Assembly (NCBI GenBank): GCA_051530055.1
Contig: CM121341.1
Coordinates: 4,876,784-4,940,783, forward strand
Direction: 5' to 3'
Length of the DNA: 64,000 nt
Source of the DNA: Neoechinorhynchus agilis
Taxonomy: Eukaryota; Animalia; Acanthocephala
The notes below the pieces were generated by a model. That model had not been told where the DNA came from and ran no database searches. It saw only the letters and a list, made by a program, of their open reading frames with translations. Positions 48,292 through 62,926 of the stretch are shown here, piece by piece; position 1 is the first letter of the stretch, and each line of letters starts with the position of its first letter. The position numbers and the translations under genes were made by a program.

Positions 48292-50404
48292 TCAAAATAT
48301 AGGAAATGCATTTCTTCATCAGTGTTTAATATTAAAAAATCTCTGATGTAAAAAATCTAGTTTTTCTCTGCGCGTAGATCCAAATTTCTGACAACGATTT
48401 TAGGCCTTTCTCCTTTTTACACTCAAATTTTGGTAAATACGGAGGAATGTTTAAAAACCAAGACTTCTAAACAATAATTCCAATCACATTCCCCACCCTC
48501 GGTACCTAGTCACATATCGATATTTTTATATTTAATATTCCACATTTAGCACATATCTATAATTTCATCAAAAATATTTCCGCTTCAATGTTGAACCCGA
48601 ATCATTAATAACAAAATATAGCAGAAGGTCTTTTATACGCGAATTAATTGCGATCGGACACGATTTTGATAAGAGATTTTTTGTTTTTGACTAAAAATAT
48701 CAAAGTTCCGGTAGCAAAATCTTGTTAGAATTACATAATTTGAGCTCTTCTTTTTTGTCGTTATTGAAAATAATTTAACAAAATAAATTAAAACGAAGAC
48801 GATCCAAGATATACATTTTAATTACTTTAGGATATCGGCGAAACGATCAATTGCTCAAAATAAATTTATATTTGAGTTGAATATAAACGAAAACGTCTGG
48901 AATGCGTGCTCAAATCATTGATTCGAATTTACATAAACGGATCGGTGAAACATCGAAGTTTCACAAAAGGTCTAATAAAGTAATATAAAACGACGCCGGA
49001 GATGCAAATCTTTGGCCATCGTACAATCCATAAGTCCTTAGTCCGAAGACGAGGAAATAAAGAGTATAAAGAAGCTGGTACTTGCCAAACCCACAACTCG
49101 TTAAAATTCCGGAAAATTCCATCGATTTTTCCGCCATAAACAAACGTCAATAATTCAACCTTAAAATATGTCAATTATTTTGTTAACGAATAGTAATTTT
49201 TTTCATTGCGCCGACGAAATAAAAATAGACATTCTAAATAAGTTCGAATTTTAACAACTCGTTTTCGCAACTTAAACAAGAAAAGATGTCTTCACTTTTC
49301 ACTTTATTGTCTCCTTTGTTTTAGTCACCTGATTTTAGATTTTAATTAAAGGATTTTCGAAGGTCAGGTTGTTTTTTCGAGCCTTTATTAGAAAAATACC
49401 ATGCCGGATTATTATTGACTAATTTATTATAATTCTGTTATCCGTTGTCCGTCTAAATATTCGAAGCCAAAACATCAAATCAAACCCTTTTTGAATTTGC
49501 CATTTACTTCAGCCTTGTCGAGTTCAGCCGTTTTATTGAATGATTGCTGTCTAAAAGTGAACTTCCATGATTATTTCCATTTTATTTCAAATTAATCGAC
49601 GAATGTTTCGGAAATTCATAGTTTTGTTTTCTTAGCTTCTGTTGTTGGAAAAAATTATAACGAAATGGACATAATAGATAAAAAATGATTTACTTTGCAA
49701 TCTGTGAAGATTTCGCGGAGGCTTTAAATCCTTGGTATGGAGATTTAGGCAGCGAGCATGTATCCGTCAATGGTTGCAAACAATCCCTTTTGTTTCTCAT
49801 TTTTAGTAGTCAGAATTCATAACTGTTTAATTTCAGATTCTCGTGACCTGGTGAACCGAACTCGATTGTCGGCATCTCCCAATCGCCTTTTTTATGTGCC
49901 GTCCGACGAAACAGTAAAGATCGCAGTGCCCAACTGAAACTTAAGATGCGGTCTTGGAACAATCGGGACGATGTAGCCTCATCCGTCGGTAATCAGCTGG
50001 AAGGCACGAGACGCCGAAGTGAGCGCAATTCAGTCCACTTTTATAATCTTAACGAAGGTACGGCGCACCCATTGATCGAGGCCGTTTATAAACACAAAAT
50101 TAAATATTGATTTTGTTTATTAGTCGATTTATAAGAATCATTATTTCAATGTCAAATAAGTTAGAACGATGATTAATCAGTTGATCTACGGCGACCTGTC
50201 AAGAAACGAAGTTTAATAAGAACATTTTAAGTCAACAAAACAAAAAACGCTAACAAAATGGTATCCAAAACACCATCCTCGATGCTGACAAATATTTGTC
50301 CATTTATTTACCATTGTTTGTTCATGGCGATTTACGGATAAAGCGGAACGATTCGAACCTGTTCAATGTGAACTCTCTCTTGGTGTTGTTCTGACCTCGA
50401 TCAA

Positions 50405-50875
50405 ATGCATTCCTCTGCAGAAATAGTGAACGGCGCAATCAGTGAATGGGACCACGCAAGTTATGCGGATTTAATAGAAGCAGCGCTCGAAAACAGTTTG
50501 ATCGGCATACTGCGGGTCAATGAAATCTACGAATGGATTCAGGACAATATCCCATATTTCCAACAAAGAACAGATAGCAAGTCGTGGAAAGGATCGATCA
50601 GGAATACACTGTCCTATTGTCAAAGATTCAGGAAAATTCCGGTTCGAGGGAGACCGAGGAAATCGTTTTGGGCGATCAATGATAACAGGACGAGTGGTCG
50701 ACTGTGGCGACCAAAAGGACGACAACAAATTGCCGAGGAATTAAGGATTCAGCGTCCTCATCTGAATGGAAATGTTTCTCAAGTAGTTCAACCGGACAAT
50801 TCAAGAATCGGCGAACAGGAGAACTTGGCGGTTACAGATCAAGTGATGCCAAACGGCCACCGAAATTCAGAGTGA
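50405..50875 (+). CDS. FoxO-like paralogue 2, unit 2 copy
   Basis: Identical to 22614-23084. Confidence 0.88.
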   Translation: MHSSAEIVNGAISEWDHASYADLIEAALENSLIGILRVNEIYEWIQDNIPYFQQRTDSKSWKGSIRNTLSYCQRFRKIPVRGRPRKSFWAINDNRTSGRLWRPKGRQQIAEELRIQRPHLNGNVSQVVQPDNSRIGEQENLAVTDQVMPNGHRNSE

Positions 50876-51264
50876 GTTTCCGTTGATCGGAAATGGTGAC
50901 CTCAATACTTAAAAAAGATGGATAAATGGAAGCCATCAGTGAGTTTAAGTTGAGGATCAAGACGTCTTTTGTTAATAAAGAACGTGTCTATAATTTCTAA
51001 TCAAATTTCATTGAAAAACAAATTCGCCTTTTCAACTAAAATTTCTTAGTAGATTCGCTTTCGTACTAAAATTAATTGCTTTAAATAAAATTAGAAAGCA
51101 ATTTTACGAATAATTTCCTTCAGGAAGATGACGATGATCTTCACCTTGATTGCAATTATCAATTTTAGTAGTTATTTTCTTGTCCATGGGACTCCCGAGT
51201 TGTTTAGGATGAAAAGTTTATGAGTTCTTTGATATTCGTCGCGCAGTTCAATAGAAACATCCAT

Positions 51265-54200
51265 TGCGGCGACAGTAGATTTTTGGATCTACTGATGCCA
51301 GCTACCACAACAATTGGTGAGCCCGACGCTGTCGACGGTAGTTCGACAGTAGAAGCGAATAGCAACTTGAATACCGTTTCTCTGAAGCTCCCCCAGTTTT
51401 GGTCACAACAACCACGAATCTGGTTCGTCCAAGCTGAGGCTCAATATTTCAACAGATCAAACAAAATATCACTACGTTATTGCTTCACTTGATCAAGAAA
51501 CTGCTATAAGGATTATCGACATTCTGGAATCGTCGCCAAAGTCAGGAAAGTACGTCCGGCTCAAAGAGCGCTTGCTGGAAACGTATAGTTTGTCACAGAA
51601 AGGGCAAATCGAATCCTTCACACAAGGTCGCATGGAGACGAAAAGCCTTCAGCGTTAATGGATGAGATGCTGGAGTACCTCGAAAGCAACCTGTCATGTT
51701 TCTTATTCCGCGAAATATTTCTTGAGCGCATGCCTGGGGAGATCCGATCTATTCTAGTTCATTCGAAAATAACCGAACCTCGTGAGCTTGCACGCGCTGC
51801 CGACAACATTTTGCAATCACGGCAACCTTTAGGGTCCTCAATAAAAAAAAAAATTGCGACCAAGCAAATCCCAGTAACAGTATCAGATTTATGCTATTAC
51901 CACCGTAAATTTGGAGATAGAGCAAGGAAATGTAGATCACTTTGTAAGCGATCAGCGGATTTCAAATTGAAAGCCAACCCAAAAAACGAATTGACCGATC
52001 AATAGTAGAGGCAATGATGATCGGTCCCTCTGTCAACCTAAACGAACGCCAAAGTGGACGACGGTTCCTAGTCGATACTGGTGCCGAAATCAGCGTCCTT
52101 CCAGCCACAACACTCGATAAACAGACCAAACACCCTGGCAGAGCACTTACAGCTGCGAACGGTTCAACAATCCCAAGATTCGGCAACAAGCTACTGCAGT
52201 TGAATTTCGGTAAAACTCAGACGGAATGGATGTTCACTATTGCCGCGGTTAAACACCCTATCCTAGGCGCTGATTTCCTTCGACACTCAGGTTTACTGGT
52301 CGACTTAAGGAATAAGCAGTTGGTTAGTTCAGAAACTTTCGCAATGATACCATTAGCCTCCACTCGTGTATCGATCGAAGCCCTCAGTGTCGATTTCCTC
52401 GGATCGAAGAACGACGAATTTAGTAAAATTCTCGCAGATTTCCCCGATATAACGAGACCTACCTTTTCGGACGTTTCGACCAAACATGCAGTGGAGCACA
52501 TTATTGAGACACAAGGACAACCACTCCATGCTAGACCGCGAGGCCTCCCATTCGATAAATTCGCTATTACTAAATCCGAATTCAAAAATATGGAGGATCT
52601 TGGAATCATTAGACGCTCAAATAGCCAGTGGTCGTCTCCGTTGCATCTCGTACCCAAATCAGGCCGTGGATGGCGTCCTTGTGGCGATTACCGCAGGCTA
52701 AAGATATCCGATTCCTCGAGTACAAGATTTTTCAGCTAAACTCGCTGGAACAACGATTTTCTCGAAAACAGACCTTGTCCGAGGGTACCATCAAATTCGG
52801 GTGGCGGAACTGGACATACCAAAAACTGCGATTTTTACGCCTTTTAGCCTTTCTGAATTTCTTCGTATGCCTTTCGGGTTGAAAAATGCTGCATAAACAT
52901 TCCAGCGGTTAATGGTAACAGTTTTTCAGGTATGGATTTTACTTTCGTCTACTTAGATGATATACTGATCGCGAGTTCAAATCGATCCGAGCACAGGAAA
53001 CACCTACGAACATTGTTCGATCGACTCTCAGAGTACGGCCTCGTTTTGAACCCAGATAAGTGTGAGTTCGGGGTAGAACAGATCGATTTCCTAGAACACC
53101 GGGTGAGTGGACGAGGTGCAGTACAATTGCCAGATAAAGTTAGCGCGATTCGCAGTTTCCCTCCTCCAACATCCACCAAAGCTTTGCAAGGATTTGTTGG
53201 TATGGTAAATTATTATCATCATTTCATCCCTTCGGCAGTTTCTTCGGATGCGTCCGGTCTACCAAGCGCTTTCTGGTAAAACAAATCTACGAAGTTTTTC
53301 TTGGACAGTTGAAATGGCTTCAGCATTCGAAAAAACTAAAGCCGCTCTAGCAAACGCAATATTCACTACTAAAAGAACTATGAAGCGAAAAATTGGTTAT
53401 TGTAAAGAGGTAGTTTCGACATGATGATGGTCTCCGTTGGCGCCGGCGTTGTTATCACAGCTGTAAATCTAAGACGATTCGGTTGAAAGGTTTCTCTATG
53501 ATAGTTCGCTAGTGCAGAATCCTTCTTAGAGAACTTTAGTTTCGTTAACCACCAAGTAAATATTCTCTCTTCCGATTCGAATCGATTATGAACCGATGAG
53601 CCCAATGATTTGCGTTTCATTAAGAAATTTTCGTTTTCTGGATTATCCGAAACACAATTCATTTGATTATGTCTGTCAGTGTAACTTACGTTCGTATTGA
53701 ACTTTTTTAGCTGAAAAAACAATATTCCCCGATCCTTCCATTGCTTTGTGCAAATAAAGACTTTAGCAAACGCAACGATGCTTTGACATTCAGTGACCCA
53801 CGCACCAATCTCTATCAGTACAGATGTATTCGAGTTTACTATTGGCGTTGTTCTACAGCAGAAAGTGTCCGATTCATGGCAGTTGCTGGCATTCTTCAAC
53901 AAACAACTGCGTAAACCTGAACAACGGTACAGCACCTTCGATCGCGAGCTTCGGGCCATGTATCTCGCTGTCCGACATTTTCGATATTACGTCGAGGGCC
54001 GATCGTTTACGATTTACACTGATCATCGATCTTTAGTTTATGCGATGTCAAAAGTTTCGGATCCTTGGTCCGCCCGTCAACAACGACATTTGAATTATAT
54101 ATCTGAGTTCACGACCAATATCGAACTCATTAGTGGACAAGAGAACCAAGTTGCCGATGCATTGTCCCGCGTTGATTATTTAGCCAGTATTTCCGAAGGA

Positions 54201-55558
54201 ATATCGTTTGAAGCGATGACAGAAGATCAAAAGTCTGATCAACACATCCATACATATCGTTCAGCGAATACCTCGCTACAGTTGAAATAAATTCCTTTCA
54301 ATAGCACAGGACAAACTATTTTGTGTGGCATTTCGACTGGCCGTTATAGACCGTTGGTACCATCATCTTGGACGAAACGAGTTTTCGAGGCTGTACACCA
54401 GCTACCCCACCCTGGAATTAAAGCAACCCGAAAATTGGTTAAAACAAAATACGTTTGGCCTGGTTTAACAAAGGATGTTGGTGCCAGGGTTCAGTCATGC
54501 ATCGGATGTCAAAAGGCTAAGGTTCAAAGACGCATACGAGCACGGCTTTCTCTTTTCGAACCTCCGCAACGTCGATTTGATCACATCCGTAAAGATTTAG
54601 TAGGTCCGCTACTGGGATCACAAGGTTTCACTCATTTATTAACCGTGGTAGACCGATATACTCGATGGCCCGAGGCAATTTCTTTAAATAATACCAACGC
54701 CGTAACGTGTGCAAAAGCACTTATCAGCCAATGGATGGCTCGTTTTGGTATTCGTAACGACATCTCCTCCGATCGAGGACCACAGTTCATATCAGAGCTG
54801 TGGAGAGCAATCGCCGAACATTTATGAATGAAGCTCCACCGCATAACCGCGTATCATCCTCAATCCAATGATATGGTAGAAAGATTCCACAGGCATCTGA
54901 AATCGGCTTTGAAAGCTCGTCTCTGCGGGAACAATTGGATCGACGAACTGCCTTGGATTTTGTTAGGAATTCGCACGGCGCCCAAAGCCGACCTTGATTC
55001 CTCGGCAGCAGAGCATGAATATGGAAGTGCCATCAACATACCTGCCGATTTTCTTAATTCCTCACTTAGCCGAGTCGATTCTCACACTGATCTACAACGG
55101 CGACGTAATAAAGTTAAATCTCTTGCTCCCACGCTCGTTGTGAACCGTGTTAAATTGACGACGTTTGTACCAAATACTCTCAGAAGAGCACCGCTCGTTT
55201 TTGTCAGACGCGGTCAGCATGGGAATCCTACACAGGTGCCGAATACCGGACCTTACAAAGTACTTGATCGCAACGAAAAGTTTTTCATGATCGATCTCGG
55301 TGGAAAACCAGAGAACGTATCGATAGACCTCCTCAAACAAGCGTATATCGATCCAGCATCACCCGTCATTCTCGCTCAACTTACTAAACGAGGCAGACCT
55401 CGCAAAAAAACGGAAGAACATTCTTGAGGGGGCTATGTAGTGACCATTAACGACGCCACAAGGTTCATGTTAACGTTTTCGGTGTTATGTTGAATAAAAA
55501 CCAATTTCTGTGCGGCGAAAGTAGATTTTTCGATCTACTGATGCCAACTACAACAACA
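51265..55558 (+). mobile_element. Decayed Ty3/Gypsy element including the 404-bp insert (53360-53763), unit 2 copy
   Basis: Copy of 23474-27767. Confidence 0.95.
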
Positions 55559-56210
55559 CATTGTTATTTGAATAAATCGCAAGTTTTTCATTTTTATCGC
55601 TTCACATTTCCATTCAAAGCACTGAGTAATCTCCAGTTTTCCTGGAAAAAATGTGCCTTCGACTGAATAGACCAGCGGCGATCGACGATCACCGATTCGC
55701 CCGTCTTTCATCTCCTTAGAAAAGCGATTCCTTTTAACTTACTGATAAACTTCGAGTTTCATCGCCATCTCTAATCGATATCGGGCATTTTCTTTTAATA
55801 AAAATCACATTCGTAAAGCGTTAAGAATTTGTATTAAGTACAAAAGAGAAAAATTATTAAGACGTTATTTAATGAAGTTTTAATAGAGTTCATGTTTTTC
55901 ATTGTTCGTAAATGTCTTTTTTCTATGGAATGAAATTTTTCTGTGTTTAGAGAGTAGATTTTTTATTATTTATACTGGTTTTGTACTTTCACGATCATTG
56001 TAAGAATTTATACAAATTTAACCCACGAGGATTAACTCTCAAAATTTTTTGAAAACTTCTTTGTTCGCAAAAGAAATAAATAGTCCATGGGTTTTTTTCC
56101 ATTTTTGCCTTACTTTTCGCCTTTTTTCCTTTCATGATAGAAGTGTCGACAAAACAATTTATTAAAATGCGATGCTCTTAGTATTTGGTTTAAATAAGAG
56201 TCCGTATCCT

Positions 56211-57010
56211 TCAAAAATCTTTACTCAAATGATTGTCGTCAAAATACGGACAAGGATTGTTCCGGAACAAAACGATCTCCTGCGGCATCGTCTTCTTCAA
56301 TAAATGAGGCCACTTATATTTGACCAATTTATCAATTTGGTAGTAAGTTCGAAAGAGCAGGTAGTAGAACGGATAGCTTAACCGATCGATAGTTAATATT
56401 ACTGGTCTCTGATTCAAATCTACTGAGTAGACTGTGTGATTTCGACATTCTCGGGAAATTATATAGTCCACTGAAAAGCAAACTTCCACGAGTATTTGAA
56501 TGCACTGTTTAAGAAATAATCGTAAAGCATAGCCGCACAAATCAAAATTTTTAGACGTATCGGTCACACTTTCCACCACCACCGTAAAATCCATCTTAAA
56601 CCTTCGATAAGTTCGAATTGCGACTGTCTTATTTCCGTCTGTCTAGTTGAAATTATAAATGGCACAAATATTACAAGGGCATAAAACATATCGTTTTTTC
56701 TCTTTTACAATGCACTGGGATAGAACGCTCAGGTAATAGAAACGCATTTAGGACACGTTGACAGATTTTACTTTTATCTACTAAAATACTTTTGAGAAGC
56801 TTCACATTTCAATCCAAAGCTCTGAGCAATCTTAACCTTTCCCTTTAAAAAATTAACCTTCGATTGAATAGATAATCGGCTATCGATGATCACCAATCCG
56901 TCCGTCTGTGATCCCTCATTGCTTCGTTTGTCAATCTTAGTTTGAGACGCCAAGCGAAACGCTCGACAATATAAGTACGTTTTGTTCCAGCATTCATCTT
57001 GGTTAAGCAA
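56211..57010 (-). CDS. Hypothetical protein, unit 2 copy
   Basis: Copy of 28420-29219. Confidence 0.35.
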
Positions 57011-57280
57011 ATTGAAAGTAATTTTGTTTCAGTCCACTGATGGTATAAACAGAAATATTCTAAAAGGTTTTACCTTCTGTATTCATAAGCATTAAAGCTC
57101 ATAAAAATGGATCGTAAAATACTAATTGTTTCGAATTGATTCGAAAGTTGATTTTGTTTTCAAAATGAAATAAAGAATCAAATGCACGATACTAAAAAAC
57201 CGCAAATTGGTGCAAAGCACCACAAAGAATTATCTTTTTAGTATAATAACGTTCTTTTATAAAATTGACGGAAATCTTAA

Positions 57281-59761
57281 AGAATTGAAGCCAAATTGCC
57301 ACCTCCACCACCGACTGCACCGATGCCGCCTCGCGATCCCTGACTGAACGTGTTTCTTCGAAGCTTGCGGACGGAGATGTTCGGGGGCTGTTCGGTTATT
57401 GTCATCCTCCGACAGTTTTGCAGAAGGAGACAACGCGACACTGTAAATACTCCAGCAGCGATCGAGAACAGTTTGACCAGAAGATTGCGGGTCAATGAAA
57501 TCTACGAATGGATTCAGGAGAATATCCCATATTTCCAACGAAGAACAGATACCAAGTCATGGAAAGGATCAATCAGGAATACACTATCTTATTGTCGAAG
57601 ATTCAGGAAAATTCCTGTTCGAGAAAGACCCAGGAAATCTTTTTGGACGATCAATGATAGCAGGACGAGTGGTCGACTGTGGCGACCAAAAGGACGACGG
57701 CAAATTGTCGAGGAATTAAGGATTCAGCGTCCTCATCTGAATGGAAATGTATCTCAAGTAGTTCAACCGAACAATTCAAGAATCTACGAACAGGAGAACA
57801 TAGCGGTTTCCGATCAAGTGATGGCAAACGGCCACCGAGAATCAGAGTGAGTTTCCGTTGATCACAGAGAAAACCGGGCAGGAACTTCGCCCAGTCCAAC
57901 TGGGCTGCTGCACATCCTGCGGGGCAGAAGCTATTGTCCACTCGCTCCGAAACTTTGCTACGAGAAGCTCAGAGCCGTGCGTGATTTTTAAGTGCGATTT
58001 TCGGAACGCCTTTAACTCTCTCAATAGAGAAATCATGTTTTGCGCTATTAGGGATCACGCACCATAAGCCTTCCAGTATTTTCTCAATGCCTACAAACCG
58101 GGACTCCTTTGCTTTTCGAAAACCACCTGATGAATACCAACAAGTATCAAAATAATATCGCGTGATCAAATACTCCTCGCTCGATGGGCATCAATATATT
58201 TTCATCCCGATCGCGGTGCTCGCTCGATGGGCATCAAGATCCATCATCCACGTCCGAAAGAGGAGTGCAGCAAGGATATCCGCTCGGTCCAATCACATTC
58301 TCCCTAACAGTAAATCCAATAGCGCATTCTCTCCATTTCAGCTTCAACGCTTGGTACTTGGTTGACGCTACGATCGAAGGTGAACCCTCCTTTGAACTGC
58401 GCGATTTGGAGACGCTGATTAGCGAGACCTCGAGAATGGGCATTGAGCTCAATGCTGGAAAGCTTGAGCTGCTAGTATTAAATATCGAAGACGCCGCCAA
58501 AGTCAAGGAGCTAATGGATGGGTTCGAGGCCGTAGCTCCAGGCCTGAAACTCGTGACTCCAGAGCAACTCAGCCTCCTTGGTAGTTGCGTCTTTGATTCA
58601 AATGTAAAAGCTGAGATCGGTCATATCATACCGAAACTTTCGTTGCTGTGCGATAGGATGAGCGCTCGCTCGGCTCACGAAGCGTTATTTCTGCTAACGA
58701 ACGCATTCTTTATCCCGAAATTGTTATATAAGGTCCGCACAGCAACATTCTTCAAACATAAGGAAGGATTGGCTAAGCACGACAACAAGGTGAGGGCTTG
58801 CCTCGAGCTAATTTTAAATGTCCAGCTCTCAGATGAGACATGGCGACAAGCTTCATTGCCTGTGTCATCTGGGGGATTGGACATTCGGGTGCTAGTAGAA
58901 CTTGCCAGCCTTTCTTGGATCGTATGAGGGGAATCAGCCGATAGCGAAAATAATTCTGAGGGGAAAGTTTTGTCTTGACCAAGACTTTGTGGTGGCAGTT
59001 GAAGAATGGTGCCAGAAGACAGGCGCTAACCATACTCCCGTGAATGGCCTCAGACACTCGATCTGGGACAGACCTCTCGTCGCGAGAGCTCACAGCTCTC
59101 TACTTTCCGGTTCTCGCGATGGGGTAGTTTCGACACGAGAATCGGGAGGCGAGGTTGGAGACTGTTCCTGTGGCATCCGTGGGAACTCTTCTCATTGATG
59201 AGGTAACGAGGATCGCAGTGTCCTTAAGGCTTGGTCTTTGGTTGATGCTTTCGGGCGGCACGGTCTCGTTTGCCGAAAGTCAGGAGGAAGGTTCTCACGC
59301 CATTCTGAAATCAACAGCGTAATTTCTCGGGCGTTGAGAACGGCGAACTTCCCCAACATCTTGGAACCCGCAAATCTTTGTCGACCTGGCGGAATTTTTG
59401 TCTTTCCGTGACTGGAGGGCAAATGCCTCCTCTGGGACGCCAGGTCCCTTGCCGTAAGCAACATTCCCTACTCTCTCGAAATCGCTGGAGGTGCAGCGGA
59501 AGGGAGGAAGGTACGAAAATATAGTTATTTAGCAAGGACCAACTATTTTGTCGTCTTCGGAGTAAAGTATGGAGCGCTTGGCAGCTCGGCACTCACTCTG
59601 TTCCAAGATCTCTTCAAAAAATTGATAGAAACGACCGGCGACGCACGAGCAAGTTTATTCATGCGACAAAATATCTCGCTCGCAGTACAACGAGGCAATG
59701 CTGCCAGCGTAGCCGAGGAAGGAGAGAAGCTAGATTTTGCGGACGGTGGTGATTGTACGTT
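57281..59761 (+). mobile_element. CRE-like retrotransposon with forkhead insert (57454-57863), unit 2 copy
   Basis: Copy of 29490-31970. Confidence 0.88.
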
Positions 59762-60090
59762 TTGTACTTTTAATTGCGTAGAATAAAAGTTTGATAACTA
59801 AAAAATATATGGAATATTCATAGAGAATTTTGTGATCAACAAACATTTATTAAAAATGATGACTATAAATATTATACTTTTGTTTGATTATAAAATTAAT
59901 TCATAAGAGTAATTTTCAAATTAGTACACAATTATAACCTGTTTACAATTTCGGTTAATTTCTTCAACAAATGTTAAAAATATTACTACACAATCTTTGA
60001 ATATTTACATCGGTTTGCTAGTTTCTCGAACTCACTTAAAGCTGTCGCAGTCAACGATAAAATGAGTAGTAGAACAATCGAACAGAAAAA

Positions 60091-61575
60091 ATGATAAGTA
60101 AAATAACGTACAATGAAGCAGCGTTTGGAACTGCTTCAATGGGTGAACTGCTAGCTACTTTGAGGATTAATGTGATTAATGATTACGAATTCAAAGATGC
60201 AAGGATTGTTGCGAAACTCCTTAAAGAGATGATTAAACGCGACATTTCTGAGTGTGATGTGAGTGTGTTCAAGATGCTGCAGTACTTAAAAGTCTTGGTT
60301 GGTAATACGGAAAATAACACAATCCGACGATTACTTCGAGAACTGGTGGAGAAACTCCAAGATGAAAAGGATGGGGTAAAGAGTACTACTAAGTGGATAA
60401 TCGGTGCAGACAAGCCAGGGGGCGTGTCGATCAAAACAAGGGCACAGGTGGACGCTGAACGAAAATTGAAAGCGGCTCTAGAAGTTCCGCTTCCTGATGA
60501 GGGCGGAGCTTCAAAATCTAAGAAACGAGCTACAGCTCCTGCGCCAAAACAATATAAAATCGATGAATCAATCAGACAAGCACTCAGGTGTCCGATTCCT
60601 TCCAATAAGGAATCTACAGTGTTCTGTTGTACCAGATCCACAAATGAATTTCCAGTCAACTTTCAACGTAATGCTGTCGAGCAAAAACCAATTCCTGTTA
60701 ATCACAATATGCGAACCATACAGCCCGCTTCGATGGTACCGAACTCTGGATTCGTTCGACCAAATGAGCCGATCAATTCAATGAAGCGATCGAACTACGA
60801 AAATGCTGCACGATGTGGGACTTTGATGGCGAAACGTCCACATATTGAAGCTGGTACCGCATCAAGAATACCGAACATCGAGGTCATTGGTAATCCCAGA
60901 AATGGGTCCGACAGCCATTATAGAAGACAATTCGCTCCCAATATTCAATATCCAGTAGCTCAGACCACTCCTGCATTCACATCGGTAATGGCTGATAGCC
61001 AATTCGTTGAACCGGTACGAATACCAAATCCATCAGGACCGATTTTGACGCGATATCCACCAAGTACGCATGAGCCTGATCGCCAATTACGATCTCCTCC
61101 ACCCGATCGCCATTATCCCAATTCAAAGATCATCGAATCCTCTACGACCTCGACCATTACGAAGAGACCAATAACTGCCGAACTTAGTGGAAATCTAGAT
61201 ACTGATCAGCACCTTGAACAATCTCTTGCCAAGAATAATCAAGATCCACCAGATCCAGTGACTTTGACTACAGAGCAACTTCAAAGCGATCCAGCTAAAT
61301 TAGCCCAAACGTTGAGAAAAATTGCTAGATACCTTTTAGGACGAGAGATTTTCAACAAGAACTCGTATCGATTCCCTCCATATCGGTGGTCTCGTGGTAA
61401 CGTTCCGGCCACAGTTCCCACAAACCAATCAGATTTAAGAGCTACGATATCCAATCAAACATCGCAACTAAATACTGACTCAAGTGTCCAGGAAACAACA
61501 CAAGAAAAGAAGCGTCCACTACCAAGCGACGATCGTCCTTCTAAAATAGCAAAGCGCGAACCACAGAGTGATTAA
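60091..61575 (+). CDS. 494-aa protein, unit 2 copy
   Basis: Identical to 32300-33784. Confidence 0.6.
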   Translation: MISKITYNEAAFGTASMGELLATLRINVINDYEFKDARIVAKLLKEMIKRDISECDVSVFKMLQYLKVLVGNTENNTIRRLLRELVEKLQDEKDGVKSTTKWIIGADKPGGVSIKTRAQVDAERKLKAALEVPLPDEGGASKSKKRATAPAPKQYKIDESIRQALRCPIPSNKESTVFCCTRSTNEFPVNFQRNAVEQKPIPVNHNMRTIQPASMVPNSGFVRPNEPINSMKRSNYENAARCGTLMAKRPHIEAGTASRIPNIEVIGNPRNGSDSHYRRQFAPNIQYPVAQTTPAFTSVMADSQFVEPVRIPNPSGPILTRYPPSTHEPDRQLRSPPPDRHYPNSKIIESSTTSTITKRPITAELSGNLDTDQHLEQSLAKNNQDPPDPVTLTTEQLQSDPAKLAQTLRKIARYLLGREIFNKNSYRFPPYRWSRGNVPATVPTNQSDLRATISNQTSQLNTDSSVQETTQEKKRPLPSDDRPSKIAKREPQSD

Positions 61576-62328
61576 TAGCCTTTCCGAGATGATTGACAAC
61601 TGAATCAAAATTGAATAAGTTTTCCGTCCAAGCTGATTCATTACGTGGGAATAATCCGTTGATAAGCACCATTACACTTGACGAAAAACTTAAAACTAGG
61701 TGCGACATTTGCCCATTCAGCAATATATGAAAAATAAAAAGTTTTTGTGTTAATGCAAATTTTTGTGAAAGTACTTTTGCGATCTTAGTATATCAAAAAG
61801 TTCAGCGAATAATTTTTTCCAAACAAAAAGAATATTGTAAGCCAATAGCTGTTTCGAATTTAAATTTTAAGATCATCTCAAGGTCCAACTGGTATATTGT
61901 TGATTTAGAAATAAAAATGTATACTATTACCACCGTTCATTCCATTTCAACTGCGTAGCTGTAATTATATTGTATTTTTATAAACATTTTACGTTAAACA
62001 ACTGAGAATATGAATTTACGTTAACAAATTGAGTATATAAGAACGTTTGAATTCGTGAAAAGAAGTTTGAGTAATTGGCAAAGACAAAATCGGATCAATA
62101 ATTCGACCTTCCAAAAATTAAATCTTTTTTTGATTTTCGGACAGCCGACGCCAGGACAAAAATATTAATTTCTAACAAAATTAAGTCCTATAGATTCTTA
62201 CTTGAGTAAAAAAGGTACAAAGATTTCAATATAAATATCACGATTCAACAATCCACTAGATCCAATGTGTAGTTCGTAATATTTTAAATCAGACTAAAAT
62301 TTAAAATCATTGAATTTTTTGAACAAAA

Positions 62329-62814
62329 TCACAGATCATTTTCCGGGACGATATGGACTTCGTAATCCGCATAATGTAGTGGTGGTCGTAGAAATCGTTG
62401 TTCCAACGGAACATCAATCTGCTTGGCTATCGATTTGGAATATATCTCGCTTTCTAATTCATTGTCGAAATCAAATGGTTCCTTATATAGTCTCTTTTGA
62501 GGCCTCGAGTGAATACGACAATCGTACGTTTGTTTATTCCTCGTATAATCAAGTTCACTGAATGGAATATAATCCGATTGGTAATAAATCCATGCAATCG
62601 AACGATATTTTAATATATTATCAACGGAATGGTTATTTGGAGTAGGTTTAAACATGAGACCATCTTCGTCTTCAATGAAGCAATTTAAAAAATTTATACA
62701 AGACATTTTAAGAAAAACGATCAACGATGCTAAAGTTAACATTCGCCGTCCTAACTGTGTTCTTGAATGCATCGATGGGGTCGTCACCATGACGATTTTG
62801 ATCCGAATTGACAA
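62329..62814 (-). CDS. Hypothetical protein, unit 2 copy
   Basis: Identical to 34538-35023. Confidence 0.4.
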   Translation of the reverse strand: MSIRIKIVMVTTPSMHSRTQLGRRMLTLASLIVFLKMSCINFLNCFIEDEDGLMFKPTPNNHSVDNILKYRSIAWIYYQSDYIPFSELDYTRNKQTYDCRIHSRPQKRLYKEPFDFDNELESEIYSKSIAKQIDVPLEQRFLRPPLHYADYEVHIVPENDL

Positions 62815-62926
62815 TTTACTAATGAAATTTTAGAAATATCCTTTAAGCCCGATGACTCTCTGATTTTCTCAAACACTGAGATTAGGAGCAGATCGTTCAA
62901 CCGAAAACTAAAAATTAACAAATATT